Under the pieces are notes generated by a model. That model was given only the letters and a program-made list of their open reading frames with translations. It was not told the DNA's origin and ran no database searches. The position numbers were made by a program, and so were the translations under genes. From the NCBI GenBank assembly GCA_035510735.1, contig DATKGN010000010.1, forward strand, positions 27,814 through 91,813: 64,000 nucleotides of DNA, in the 5' to 3' direction. This DNA is from Patescibacteria group bacterium (lineage in GTDB: Bacteria > Patescibacteriota > Microgenomatia > UBA10105 > UBA927). Numbering within the stretch: position 1 is the first letter of the stretch; the number at the start of each line of letters is the position of its first letter. Positions 45,251 to 54,846 of the stretch are shown in pieces.

Positions 45251-45529
45251 TTATCGCTTGCGATGTAACCACGCAATGGCATCTTTCGCATTATCAAAGA
45301 CAGGCGATCCTTTATCGTCTTTCAAATCCTTGTCAGCCTTCTTGAGAATCCGCGCGAGATACGGCGTAGGTTCGTAGGATTCTGAAAACTCTATAGTCTT
45401 TGTTTTCACCAAACTGCGCAAATAGGCATTAACGAGTGAACTAAGAGTAAACCCCAAGGACTCTGCTACCTTGGCAGCTTCCCTTTTCACTTTCGGATCA
45501 GTACGGACATTCAGGATTGTGGTCCTCAT
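45251..45529 (-). CDS. type II antitoxin, RelB/DinJ (RHH) family
   Basis: 'MRTTILNVRTDPKVKREAAKVAESLGFTLSSLVNAYLRSLV'. Immediately upstream of the toxin. Confidence 0.6.
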   Translation of the reverse strand: MRTTILNVRTDPKVKREAAKVAESLGFTLSSLVNAYLRSLVKTKTIEFSESYEPTPYLARILKKADKDLKDDKGSPVFDNAKDAIAWLHRKR

Positions 45530-45569
45530 ATATACAAAGTATATACATTGTATATACACCTGTCAAGAG

Positions 45570-46430
45570 CTACAATGCAACCTTCTGGAGTTCTTCCGCC
45601 GCAGTCGCAGGGTCAACGACGTTGACGTTAAGGCCGGTGCCAAGCTCAAAGCCCGCACGATGGATGAATCGGGGTACGATCCGGATAAACCAGCTTTGCC
45701 CGTGGGAAATATAATAATTGTACATAAAGGGGTCTGTCTGACGATCCTTCGGCCGGATCACGGAATCTCGCCAGATATATTCAATCTTTTGGAGCGCGCG
45801 CTGGAGAACGCCTGCAAAATCGGTCAAGTGATTTTCCGGCAGGTCACCAAACATGTCTCCCTCCCCTTTTGGCGCAATCCATACTTCATAGGGCCATTGG
45901 GAAAAATCCGGACAATACATCACGAAATTGGTGTCTTCCTCGACCACATTATTGATGGGCTCCCTGGAGAGTGAATCGAGGTTAATCTGTTTCGGCACAA
46001 CAACAAGCTGTGAGTGGGGGTGGGCAAGACTTGCGCCTGCGTGGTAGCCGTGGTTACAAAATATAAGCACCTGGCCGTCATTCTCGTGCGCCCGAAAGCG
46101 ATCGCGGTATGCGGAGAGAATCCGCGTGACTTGATCTAGCGGCAGCTTATCCACATCATCCGTGTGACTTGTACTATGGATGAATACTTCATGCGTATCG
46201 GTGATCGGGAATTTATTGGGAACTACGCGGACTTGCCATCCCGGTCCATCCTTCTCGCCCGTGCCGATGCGGTATACCTCTGGCGGCGTTGACTTCTCAT
46301 TGCCCGCACAAAAAGGGCATCCCTTCACCGACACTACTGCGGGTTGGGCGGTTGAGTCAGGCCGTTTCGTACGCATGGGCGAGATAACCACCCACCGCTG
46401 CGTCTTCACATCAGGAACATATCTGGCCAT
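45570..46430 (-). CDS. galT: galactose-1-phosphate uridylyltransferase (HIT family)
   Basis: 'CPFCAGNE' zinc site and 'HGYHAGASLAHPHSQLVVVP' (HxHxQ). Confidence 0.8.
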   Translation of the reverse strand: MARYVPDVKTQRWVVISPMRTKRPDSTAQPAVVSVKGCPFCAGNEKSTPPEVYRIGTGEKDGPGWQVRVVPNKFPITDTHEVFIHSTSHTDDVDKLPLDQVTRILSAYRDRFRAHENDGQVLIFCNHGYHAGASLAHPHSQLVVVPKQINLDSLSREPINNVVEEDTNFVMYCPDFSQWPYEVWIAPKGEGDMFGDLPENHLTDFAGVLQRALQKIEYIWRDSVIRPKDRQTDPFMYNYYISHGQSWFIRIVPRFIHRAGFELGTGLNVNVVDPATAAEELQKVAL

Positions 46431-46470
46431 ACTTATAGAATACTACAAATCCGACAAATACTATAAATAT

Positions 46471-46848
46471 TCAAATGACAGACTTTCGTCTGGTTTTTTC
46501 TAAAATGGCACTTACAATTCGTAGGATTTCTGTACATTCACTAATATACGAATCACTTGTTGTATTTGTCAAAAGCTTTGAATCACGAACAAACGACAAC
46601 CAGTAGATTGTCTCCTTCGTTTCTTTCTTGACGATCATATATTTCGCAATAAAGTCTTTTTTTGACGAAGAAGCATCAGCCTCCTGATCGTTAGCACCCA
46701 TAGAAGTAAGTGAAGACGCTAACTGGGAAATAATAGGAGTTGCCTCAATAGATTTAGGAATTTTTTTTACTATATCTCGAAAACAATTGAGAATAAACAG
46801 ATATATTCTCCTGTGAATATCTTTATCAGTGTTGCGATATTTATTCAT
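46471..46848 (-). CDS. divergent four-helix-bundle (IVS-like) protein
   Basis: 'ISQLASSLTSMGANDQEADASSSKKDFIAKYMIVKKETKETIYWLSF' follows the family pattern (QL..A.S...N..EG...KDF......E....WL). Confidence 0.45.
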   Translation of the reverse strand: MNKYRNTDKDIHRRIYLFILNCFRDIVKKIPKSIEATPIISQLASSLTSMGANDQEADASSSKKDFIAKYMIVKKETKETIYWLSFVRDSKLLTNTTSDSYISECTEILRIVSAILEKTRRKSVI

Positions 46849-46938
46849 TAATTGATTCTATAATTGTTATAAATCATTTGTCGGATTTGCTTATTTGTAG
46901 TATTTGTAGTATTTATCGGATTTGTAATATTTATCGCA

Positions 46939-47910
46939 TTATGTGAATCGTGTAAGCAAACGAGCAACCTCGGTTTTCTTCTCTTTGGTGACCACAACCT
47001 CAACAAGTCCTTCGCGTCCTGTCGACGGCGGATGACCGTAATAGACGATACTGCCGATGGGTGCGTGAACAATAACAGGGAGGGTCAGAAGATCTTCTTC
47101 ACCGTCAATAACCAACACTATTCTTTTGCGTTCCCTAATGCCGCTCGCCCATGCTTCGACGGCTTCAATTGCCGCCTTTGCAATATAACCGGGCCCGCTT
47201 TTCACCCGGACAATGGTATATTCTTTGGGAAATTTGAACGATTCAAATGGTTGGTAGGGCTTCCGCTCGACCTGTAAATCGATAATGGCAAGCGCTGGTT
47301 TCACACCGCACAAAAACACGGTCTCCGTGGTCACGTCGCCAACCGCGATAACAACGTTATCACGATTTTTAAGAACCGCTTGTTTAATACCACTTGATTC
47401 CAATATTTTCCCCAAGGGGCGTTGTAACTCCGGTCGTAAACTATCAGGAAGAAGCAGTCTTCCTTCGCCGTCAATTTCCCCTTCGCGCATACGCGTTGAT
47501 GAGATGGTCCGCTGATCCTCGGCTGGGATAAGCTCAACCTCGACAATGGCAAGCGGCGGAAGCCCACGCTCATGCCGGAGCATATTAATCTCGTCGGCGG
47601 TAGTACGGTTATCACGGGTTACGGCGATGGCATCGATATCCTGGGCGATGATTGTCGACCCCCACCGGTTATCCAGTGGCACGATCATCGTCCGCTCGGC
47701 TACACCCTGATGCCTTAACCATGAAGTAAGTGCCTGATAGCGCTTACTGTGGGGCGTTATATCCTTACCCTTTTTAAACCGACGGATATAGGCTTCCGAT
47801 GTTAATCCGATCGTAACCCGTGCTCCTGATGCAAATGTTTTGGTAAGCAAATAGGTATGGCCCTTATGAAGCCCGTCAAATGTCCCGCCGACGACGATGT
47901 GTTTGTACAT
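46939..47910 (-). CDS. fused archaeal-type phosphopantetheine adenylyltransferase (N-terminal) and DUF359-type GTP-dependent dephospho-CoA kinase (C-terminal)
   Basis: N-terminal 'IVVGGTFDGLHKGHTYLL' (cytidylyltransferase HxGH). C-terminal 'VVIAVGDVTTETVFLCGVKPALAIIDLQVERKPY' matches the DUF359/DPCK core. Confidence 0.55.
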   Translation of the reverse strand: MYKHIVVGGTFDGLHKGHTYLLTKTFASGARVTIGLTSEAYIRRFKKGKDITPHSKRYQALTSWLRHQGVAERTMIVPLDNRWGSTIIAQDIDAIAVTRDNRTTADEINMLRHERGLPPLAIVEVELIPAEDQRTISSTRMREGEIDGEGRLLLPDSLRPELQRPLGKILESSGIKQAVLKNRDNVVIAVGDVTTETVFLCGVKPALAIIDLQVERKPYQPFESFKFPKEYTIVRVKSGPGYIAKAAIEAVEAWASGIRERKRIVLVIDGEEDLLTLPVIVHAPIGSIVYYGHPPSTGREGLVEVVVTKEKKTEVARLLTRFT

Positions 47911-47970
47911 GATACGATCATACTACGCGGCTTCGCCATGCGAGTAAAGGGAGTAGTATAATAGGTCTTC

Positions 47971-48960
47971 ATGACGGTCATAAACGAACAAACTCATGCA
48001 TTCTATCAACAGGCAAATATGTATTTTCTCAATTTACCACCTGAGTTGAAAAATGCTCCTCTTTCGATCTTAACTGTGGATCTCGGGCGAAACAATGCTA
48101 TATCCGCCAAGTACATCGAACAGGCATTAGAGTCGCAAGATTTTGATTCTGTCCCCGAACAGTACCCAATTGGTGCCCGAATACTCGCCGAAACGGCACG
48201 GTTAATGGGATCCGCCTCACTGTCGACACCCGCCCAATTTCCGATCTCATTTAATAGGGAACGTGTGAGTAATTGGTCGGAGGGGATATTTAAACTGACA
48301 CTCTCATGGCAAAAAGAGGCATGGAAGAAGAATGGGAAAATAGTGAAGTGGGATCATAAGGTTGCATCCGCACGGTTGTATGAGCTGGGAATATCAGGAG
48401 ACCAGTACGGTCATCTCGTCATTCGTGGGGTTCAAAAACATCGTCTCAACCTCGTTTACCGACAGACACAGAATGCGCAAAATGTAGGACTTTTAGAAGA
48501 AAAGCGGGCAGGTGAAAATATTTGGAAATATATTAAAAAACATTCCGGTCGTAAGCCCGAACTATTCGGATTCTTAACTGCCGCACTCATCTTTGGCCCG
48601 CATGCCCGGGACGGAAAAATTGTCTTCCCGACGCCTGATTTCCAGCCAGAAATACGAAGTAGAGCAAACGAGATTAATGCCCTAAAAAAGAGCTCAGGAG
48701 ATTACTTAGACGATCATGCAAAAGACGAGATTAAAAAACGAGAAGATACTATCGCTATGATCCGTAAACGGACGGACTTTGCCGGTATGCTCGGCTCATT
48801 GGGTGTTCCAGTTGCAGAAGGTTCGCGTGAAGGCTATATGACGACAACACTCAACGATATTCTTAAGGGGATTGAGCGTTCCTGGCTAGACGATACGGGA
48901 GCGACGGTATATCCCCTCCGCACGATTCTCAATAAGCTCTATACCATGCAGATGCAATAA
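47971..48960 (+). CDS. hypothetical protein
   Basis: 329 aa, no motif. Confidence 0.45.
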   Translation: MTVINEQTHAFYQQANMYFLNLPPELKNAPLSILTVDLGRNNAISAKYIEQALESQDFDSVPEQYPIGARILAETARLMGSASLSTPAQFPISFNRERVSNWSEGIFKLTLSWQKEAWKKNGKIVKWDHKVASARLYELGISGDQYGHLVIRGVQKHRLNLVYRQTQNAQNVGLLEEKRAGENIWKYIKKHSGRKPELFGFLTAALIFGPHARDGKIVFPTPDFQPEIRSRANEINALKKSSGDYLDDHAKDEIKKREDTIAMIRKRTDFAGMLGSLGVPVAEGSREGYMTTTLNDILKGIERSWLDDTGATVYPLRTILNKLYTMQMQ

Positions 48961-48972
48961 CGAAGCGCAAAT

Positions 48973-50463
48973 TTATTTATTGATTCTATACACCCCGACG
49001 AACTCATCATCCAGCGGTTTTTTATATTTTGCCACTAGCGTCATGTACTTTTCCAAACCCCCGTATTGATTTCCCCGTGACACAAAATACCACGGACGAT
49101 TGTTAAATACTCCAAAGCCTGCGACTTCTTTCATTTGTTCAAGGTAAAAGACCGGAATATGTTCGCGCGTCATATAGCTTAGGACCGCATCCTCAGGATT
49201 GCCGCTGTCAAGGCGCACAAAGACCACAATCGGCTGTTTTGCCGATTGGCGAGTCAGATACCCGACAGCCTCACTGACCCCCCAGCCTGACGTCCAGCCG
49301 GTCACATATTGGCTGAAATCCAACCGCGCCGCGGGAAGCGGTTTCAGAATAGAATAGAACTGTAACGGGAAAAAACTCAAAAGAACGCCCTCAAATGCAA
49401 CGGAAACGATAACAGCATACACAATAACACGCTTCTTACAATACGATAACCATAAAGCCGCCAATAATAATAAAGGAACCGAGCTCACGGCGAGATAACG
49501 GGCGGTTAAACTCGTTAACAGCATATATTCGATGAATATCGGGCCGAAAATCCACAGAGCCAATACCTGTACTTCCCGTTTTTTCCAGAATTGCCAGAGT
49601 GCGATACAAAAGACAATAACGGCAACGGGCCCTACAAATGCAAGAAGCCAACTCACAATCGCCTGTGCATTATTGAACCATTGATCGGGTGGCGTTGCTA
49701 AAATTTGCATGAGTGTTCTTGTTCGCACAATAGCCGTCATAGTTTTTGAATAATCGATATTCGGATTAAAGAGCACCGGCACCATGAGGGCAAATGCCGT
49801 CAATACTCCGCAAATAACCCAACTGACTACCACCTGCCACGTGGCGGCCCACTGTTTCCAGTTGATAAGCAGGGTGAAAAATACCAAAGGAACCGCAAGG
49901 AGCATGGTCGATTTATACCACCAGCCTGTGGCAACAACCGCGCCAAGGAGTATTCCTTTTGCGAGGGTAGGCTTCTGGGAAAACAGCAAGGAAAGATACA
50001 GAGCAAGCGTGAAGCACGCGGTAACCGGGCTTTCGGCAAGAGCCAACGTGTCAAAAAGGATGAGAAATGGACAGAGTGCGATGAGGAGTAATGTATAGTT
50101 TATGTCATTCTCGCGCAGGCGAGAATCGGTATTCATTTTCAAAGAATATATGGATCCTCGGGTCAAGCCCGAGGATGACAATATGGAAAAAACGCCCCAG
50201 AAGGTTACACAGGACCAGAGGATGCTGACAAGCCGCATGGAAATCAAGGGATCGAAGGGCAAACGTTGTATTATACCAAATGAAATGGCGACGAGCGGCT
50301 GTTTGCCGTCAAGGGTCCACGCCCACCAACGGCTGGGATCCTGTAAAAACCCAAGTCCCCAGTGCATATAAATGGCTTCATCATTAAAAATCGGTAAGCG
50401 GAAAGCCAATAGGAGCCGGAGGGTCAGGAATAATCCAAATATCACCCAAATACGACGGTTCAT
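48973..50463 (-). CDS. GT39/ArnT-like (PMT_2 family) membrane glycosyltransferase carrying an in-frame palindromic-element insertion
   Basis: Polytopic membrane protein. Nt 50100-50180 is a TGTCAT-element read in frame as 'GLTRGSIYSLKMNTDSRLRENDINY'. Confidence 0.6.
   Translation of the reverse strand: MNRRIWVIFGLFLTLRLLLAFRLPIFNDEAIYMHWGLGFLQDPSRWWAWTLDGKQPLVAISFGIIQRLPFDPLISMRLVSILWSCVTFWGVFSILSSSGLTRGSIYSLKMNTDSRLRENDINYTLLLIALCPFLILFDTLALAESPVTACFTLALYLSLLFSQKPTLAKGILLGAVVATGWWYKSTMLLAVPLVFFTLLINWKQWAATWQVVVSWVICGVLTAFALMVPVLFNPNIDYSKTMTAIVRTRTLMQILATPPDQWFNNAQAIVSWLLAFVGPVAVIVFCIALWQFWKKREVQVLALWIFGPIFIEYMLLTSLTARYLAVSSVPLLLLAALWLSYCKKRVIVYAVIVSVAFEGVLLSFFPLQFYSILKPLPAARLDFSQYVTGWTSGWGVSEAVGYLTRQSAKQPIVVFVRLDSGNPEDAVLSYMTREHIPVFYLEQMKEVAGFGVFNNRPWYFVSRGNQYGGLEKYMTLVAKYKKPLDDEFVGVYRINK
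50100..50180. repeat. TGTCAT-element inserted in frame within a coding sequence
   Basis: 'tgtcattctcgcgcaggcgagaat...atcctcgggtcaagcccgaggatgacaa'. Confidence 0.65.
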
Positions 50464-50577
50464 GAGTAAATAGTATCACGAAATTGATATATACGAGGTC
50501 AAATCGAACGTGATAGTAAGAAAATTTGCATTAATGCGATATATCAATTATAATTATAGGACATTCAGAACTCTCAT

Positions 50578-51051
50578 ATGACGGAAAAGCTCCAGCAAAT
50601 TTCAGTGAAAGATATTGACTTCGCAAGGCGTAGATTGGACCCCTTTTTAAATTACGAACTGCAGCAAAAGGATCCTGAGAGGCAAATTACTGAAACGTTA
50701 GGGTATCACTTTGAGTCGTTAGGACACAAACTAACACATGAAGGCTATCCATGTGAACTTTCAGAATACAGGGAAGGTTTTATACATGCGATTAGAAATG
50801 TATCTCAGGCAATTGAAACAGATGAAACTCAAATTCAATTTGACAGCCTCATTGCGATAAATATAGTTCAGTTTGTAAATTACAATGATAAAGCGGAGAT
50901 CGGAATAATGCACACGACAGGATATATAGATGCGTTGGCATTTCTTAAAAAGTATTATGATATATCGAAGAGAAAAGATCTAACATTTACTGAAATGACC
51001 CACGTGCTCGTACAATTTCATAATGCCGCAATGGGTTATCAATTTAGTTAA
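50578..51051 (+). CDS. hypothetical protein
   Basis: 157 aa, no motif. Confidence 0.4.
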   Translation: MTEKLQQISVKDIDFARRRLDPFLNYELQQKDPERQITETLGYHFESLGHKLTHEGYPCELSEYREGFIHAIRNVSQAIETDETQIQFDSLIAINIVQFVNYNDKAEIGIMHTTGYIDALAFLKKYYDISKRKDLTFTEMTHVLVQFHNAAMGYQFS

Positions 51052-51901
51052 CTATCCCCTTCCAATCCTCCCAAAACCGGGCAACGCCGGAATCAGTAAG
51101 ATCATGGTGAAGATCAAATACTTTCCAATCCTGATCAAGAGAAAGTTCTTTATACGGAATCGGGATTAACCCCGGCACGTCATACACAAAATCATCGGAC
51201 GGTAAAGTAAATCCCCCATCACTCCACTCTTTAAATACTTTGAAAGGGATTGTTATGACGTGACTTTTTAGCCATAATGCATACAGTAAGTGTTTGATCG
51301 TCCGAACACTTGCCGTAAGGACATTGACATGTCCGTCACCCATCTTAAGCATGGCAAGTTCGTTGACGACTACGTCCATCCCGTTTTCCCCTTTATCATC
51401 AAGCCTGCCTACAAACGGCGAGAGAAATACGTCATAATTGTGTGTTTTGGTCACCGCGTAAACCGCAGCCGCCTGTTCCTGGGAAAAGTTTAACGTGATG
51501 TTAACCGGCCCCTCTTCACAAAATTCCTCGACAGCGGAGAGTCCCGCCGTCGTACACGGAAATTTAATAACGCCGTTCTTAATCCACGTAATGCGGTCGC
51601 GGGCTTGGGAAAGCATTTCTTCACTCGTCAATATCGCAGGGTCGCCGATCACCTGGATGGAAATTTTGCCATCGGGGATGATCTTACTCATTTGTGTAAC
51701 AACCCGGCGGTACTCGCTAAATGCTTCACCCATCGAAACCTTTTTCCCGCCGTTTTTGGCGGCAAAATTCTTGGCAATGAGGGTCGGGTTTGTCGTCTGC
51801 CCATCCAGTCCGTGATGACCTGCTTTTTTAAGCAGGTCATCCGCCTGTCTGGTCTCTTCCGGATCCCCGCCGTCTATATAAATATGTGATGGTAAATTCA
51901 T
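51044..51901 (-). CDS. tal: transaldolase (short/FSA-type)
   Basis: 'DGQTTNPTLI' and 'IKFPCTTAGL...SPFVGRLDD'. Confidence 0.8.
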   Translation of the reverse strand: MNLPSHIYIDGGDPEETRQADDLLKKAGHHGLDGQTTNPTLIAKNFAAKNGGKKVSMGEAFSEYRRVVTQMSKIIPDGKISIQVIGDPAILTSEEMLSQARDRITWIKNGVIKFPCTTAGLSAVEEFCEEGPVNITLNFSQEQAAAVYAVTKTHNYDVFLSPFVGRLDDKGENGMDVVVNELAMLKMGDGHVNVLTASVRTIKHLLYALWLKSHVITIPFKVFKEWSDGGFTLPSDDFVYDVPGLIPIPYKELSLDQDWKVFDLHHDLTDSGVARFWEDWKGIVN

Positions 51902-52032
51902 AGTTCCTTTCTTTGCTTAAGGTCGGTGTGCAATTTGTGCGCAACTCTCAGGTAACATAAATTATCACCTTTCGGTATCCATAAGCTACGTGAGAGTGCT
52001 GAGCAAATTGTACACCTCCCCGCGCAGTATTA

Positions 52033-53946
52033 TTATTTACTCACTTTCACGAATGCATTAACCGATTCAATTATATCTGGCGCCGCAATCCCCTCATAGT
52101 CAAGAAGCTCTTTCGCTTTTCCCGACCTTGGCGTTTTGTTAACGGCAAGATGGATAAACGGAATCTTCGATCTTCCGACAATGGCTGATGCCACCGCTTC
52201 TCCCAATCCCCCTTCAGGATAATGGTCTTCAACAACAATGATTGCCTTCGTCTCCTTTGCAGCAGTGAGTAACGTCTTTTTGTCTATCGGTTTAACGGAA
52301 TACGCATCAATTACCCGGATGCCCACGCCGTCATTCTCTAGTTGTTCCTGCGCTTTGAGCGCTTCAAAAAGCGTGATGCCTGCGGCAACAACCGTAACAA
52401 TCTCTTTGGTATTTGCGTGATGGGTTTTACTGCCGCCAACAGGAAATTCATCGCTCTGGGTGTAGAGAATCGACGTCTCGGGACGGGTTGTTCGGATATA
52501 ACAAATGCCCTTTGTATTTAATGCATCTTCGGTAAGCCGCTCCGTGGCGTACGCATCAGCCGGGTAAAGAACGGTCGATCCGTGCACAGTGCGGAATAAG
52601 GCAAGATCTTCAAGCCCCATCTGCGATGGACCATCCTCACCAATTGAGACGCCTGCGTGCGAGCCGTTGAATATAATTGATGAACCGGAAAATGCCGCCA
52701 TCCGGATCTGATCGGCAGCACGGGTTAAAAAGCATGCAAATGATGAGACGACCGGATGAAAGCCGCGCGCGGAAAGACCGACAGCAACGCCGGTCATATT
52801 CTGTTCGGCGATAAAAAGCTCAAAAAACCGCTTCGGATACGCCACTCCGAAAAACTCGGTATAGGTTGAATTTTTCACATCCCCGTCAACAACGACAATA
52901 TGGGGGTCCGTCGCTCCGACCCGTTTCAAAGCGTTACCGAATGCTTTACGCGTTGCAACAGGTTTTGTGGGATCATAAAAAGGTGATGTCGGCTTGGTTT
53001 TATCGAGCGTGAGAGACACAGTAACGCTTGGCGCCTTATTGATGATGCCTCTCACTTTCTTATCAACAGGTGCAATTTCAGCGATCGCCTTTTCAAGCTC
53101 CTCTTTGGATAGCGGTTTCCCGTGCCACCCCGGCATATTTTCTATGAACGAGACGCCTTTGCCCTTCGTGGTTTTAGCAAGAATTACTGTTGGCCCCTTG
53201 CCGCCCAGCGCTTCCATCCACGCCGAATCAACGGATGCGACATCATTCCCGTCACTAACCGTAATGACGCGCCAACCGAATGCTTCAAAGCGCCGCTGAT
53301 ATATTTCAAGTTCATATTCGTACATCGTCGGGTCCGACTGTCCTAAACGGTTGACATCGACAACAAGGTAAAGATTGTTTATCTTTTTAAAGCTCGCGGC
53401 TGCTGCTGCCTCCCACACGGACCCTTCGGCAATTTCTCCGTCACCGGCGAGAATAAAGACACGAGGTAACGTATTAGGGGTTTCGTATTTTGTATTAGGG
53501 TTAATATTATTGTTTTCTCCGTACCCCCTAATTCCAATTCCCTGATACGACAAGCTCATCGCCAATGCTTCACCCAAACCGATGGACAATCCCTGTCCTA
53601 AGCTACCGGTTGCCGCCTCTGTATAGCGGAAACGCTCCGTCGGATGGCCCTCAAGATTGCTGTCAAACGTCCGGTACTTCATGAGCTCTTCTTCGGTAAT
53701 GGCACCCGCTGCTGCATACAAAGAATAATAAAGAGGCGATGCATGACCTTTGCTGAAAATCACGCGGTCGTTGCCTGGGTCTTTGGGATCAGCGAGGTTG
53801 TACCGCAAGTACTTAAAAAATAATACGGTCATAAGTTCCACAGCGGAAAGCGATGATGACGGGTGTCCGCTTCCGGCCTGGGTCGTTATTGTGAGGATGT
53901 AGTAGCGGATAAGATGCGTCAGTTTATCAAGTGATGTCTTATTCAT
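52033..53946 (-). CDS. tkt: transketolase
   Basis: 'GSGHPSSSLSAVELMTVLF', 'ILAGDGEIAEG', full length 637 aa. Confidence 0.9.
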   Translation of the reverse strand: MNKTSLDKLTHLIRYYILTITTQAGSGHPSSSLSAVELMTVLFFKYLRYNLADPKDPGNDRVIFSKGHASPLYYSLYAAAGAITEEELMKYRTFDSNLEGHPTERFRYTEAATGSLGQGLSIGLGEALAMSLSYQGIGIRGYGENNNINPNTKYETPNTLPRVFILAGDGEIAEGSVWEAAAAASFKKINNLYLVVDVNRLGQSDPTMYEYELEIYQRRFEAFGWRVITVSDGNDVASVDSAWMEALGGKGPTVILAKTTKGKGVSFIENMPGWHGKPLSKEELEKAIAEIAPVDKKVRGIINKAPSVTVSLTLDKTKPTSPFYDPTKPVATRKAFGNALKRVGATDPHIVVVDGDVKNSTYTEFFGVAYPKRFFELFIAEQNMTGVAVGLSARGFHPVVSSFACFLTRAADQIRMAAFSGSSIIFNGSHAGVSIGEDGPSQMGLEDLALFRTVHGSTVLYPADAYATERLTEDALNTKGICYIRTTRPETSILYTQSDEFPVGGSKTHHANTKEIVTVVAAGITLFEALKAQEQLENDGVGIRVIDAYSVKPIDKKTLLTAAKETKAIIVVEDHYPEGGLGEAVASAIVGRSKIPFIHLAVNKTPRSGKAKELLDYEGIAAPDIIESVNAFVKVSK

Positions 53947-53985
53947 GAAGCTATCATACTCTAGGGATTATTATCCGTCCAGAGA

Positions 53986-54831
53986 TTAAAATAGGATCCA
54001 GAGTACGAAGAGGTATATCGCACCCATTTGGGTTAAAAACTTAACGACCTTGACTCCCCGCTGAAGCGAGACTATCTGTTGAGCTCCGCGTCCGGAGAGT
54101 GAAATCCAAATACCGTAAAATACCAATAATATAGGAAGCTGAATGATAATCGGGATGGTAAAAGTTGCCCAGGAGTACATATTGAAAACCAGGTAAAGAA
54201 TACCTGCCGCTGCTGCCAAAACCAAACCTGAAACGAGACTCCGGTCAATTCCTAATACGACATGGGTGTTGGCCAATCCCGCCTTTTCATCAGCCTGAGT
54301 GTCCGCAATTTGATACGGGAACATACCTGCAAGAATCGCAAGACTAGATATGATGCTAAATGCGGCAATAAAATTGACATTTGCTTTTCCCCATAAAGGA
54401 GCAAAAAACGGCAGCATCCAGGTAGCCACTATCTGTGAAATCAAATCCAGACCAAATCTGCGTTTGAGACGAATAGGCTCAAGGGAGTACGAAAGAGCGA
54501 TAGCGTAAATAACTACTGCCCACCAAATAAACCCGACATACCAACTCAATGCTAATCCAACGAGGGAACAAGTAATAAACATCAAAAGTACGACACGCTT
54601 ATCCAGGATGTCATTCTTTCTTATATGAATATTATTCCAACTGAGCCTGTCCGTATCGTTCCGGTCGGTGATCTCATTCACGATAAATGCAGAGATGGAG
54701 AGGAGTACTACCCCTATCGCCCACCAAAAGATGGACCAGTTACGGATTCCGGCGAATAGTCCGGCAGCAATTACTGAACTGAATGCCAGATATTGATCCT
54801 GGAGACGGAAAAGACGGATATATTTCCCCAT
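53986..54831 (-). CDS. UbiA-family prenyltransferase (DPPR-like)
   Basis: Polytopic. 'IVNEITDRNDTDRLS' is an Asp-rich UbiA motif. Confidence 0.55.
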   Translation of the reverse strand: MGKYIRLFRLQDQYLAFSSVIAAGLFAGIRNWSIFWWAIGVVLLSISAFIVNEITDRNDTDRLSWNNIHIRKNDILDKRVVLLMFITCSLVGLALSWYVGFIWWAVVIYAIALSYSLEPIRLKRRFGLDLISQIVATWMLPFFAPLWGKANVNFIAAFSIISSLAILAGMFPYQIADTQADEKAGLANTHVVLGIDRSLVSGLVLAAAAGILYLVFNMYSWATFTIPIIIQLPILLVFYGIWISLSGRGAQQIVSLQRGVKVVKFLTQMGAIYLFVLWILF

Positions 54832-54846
54832 ACGGGAAATATCATA

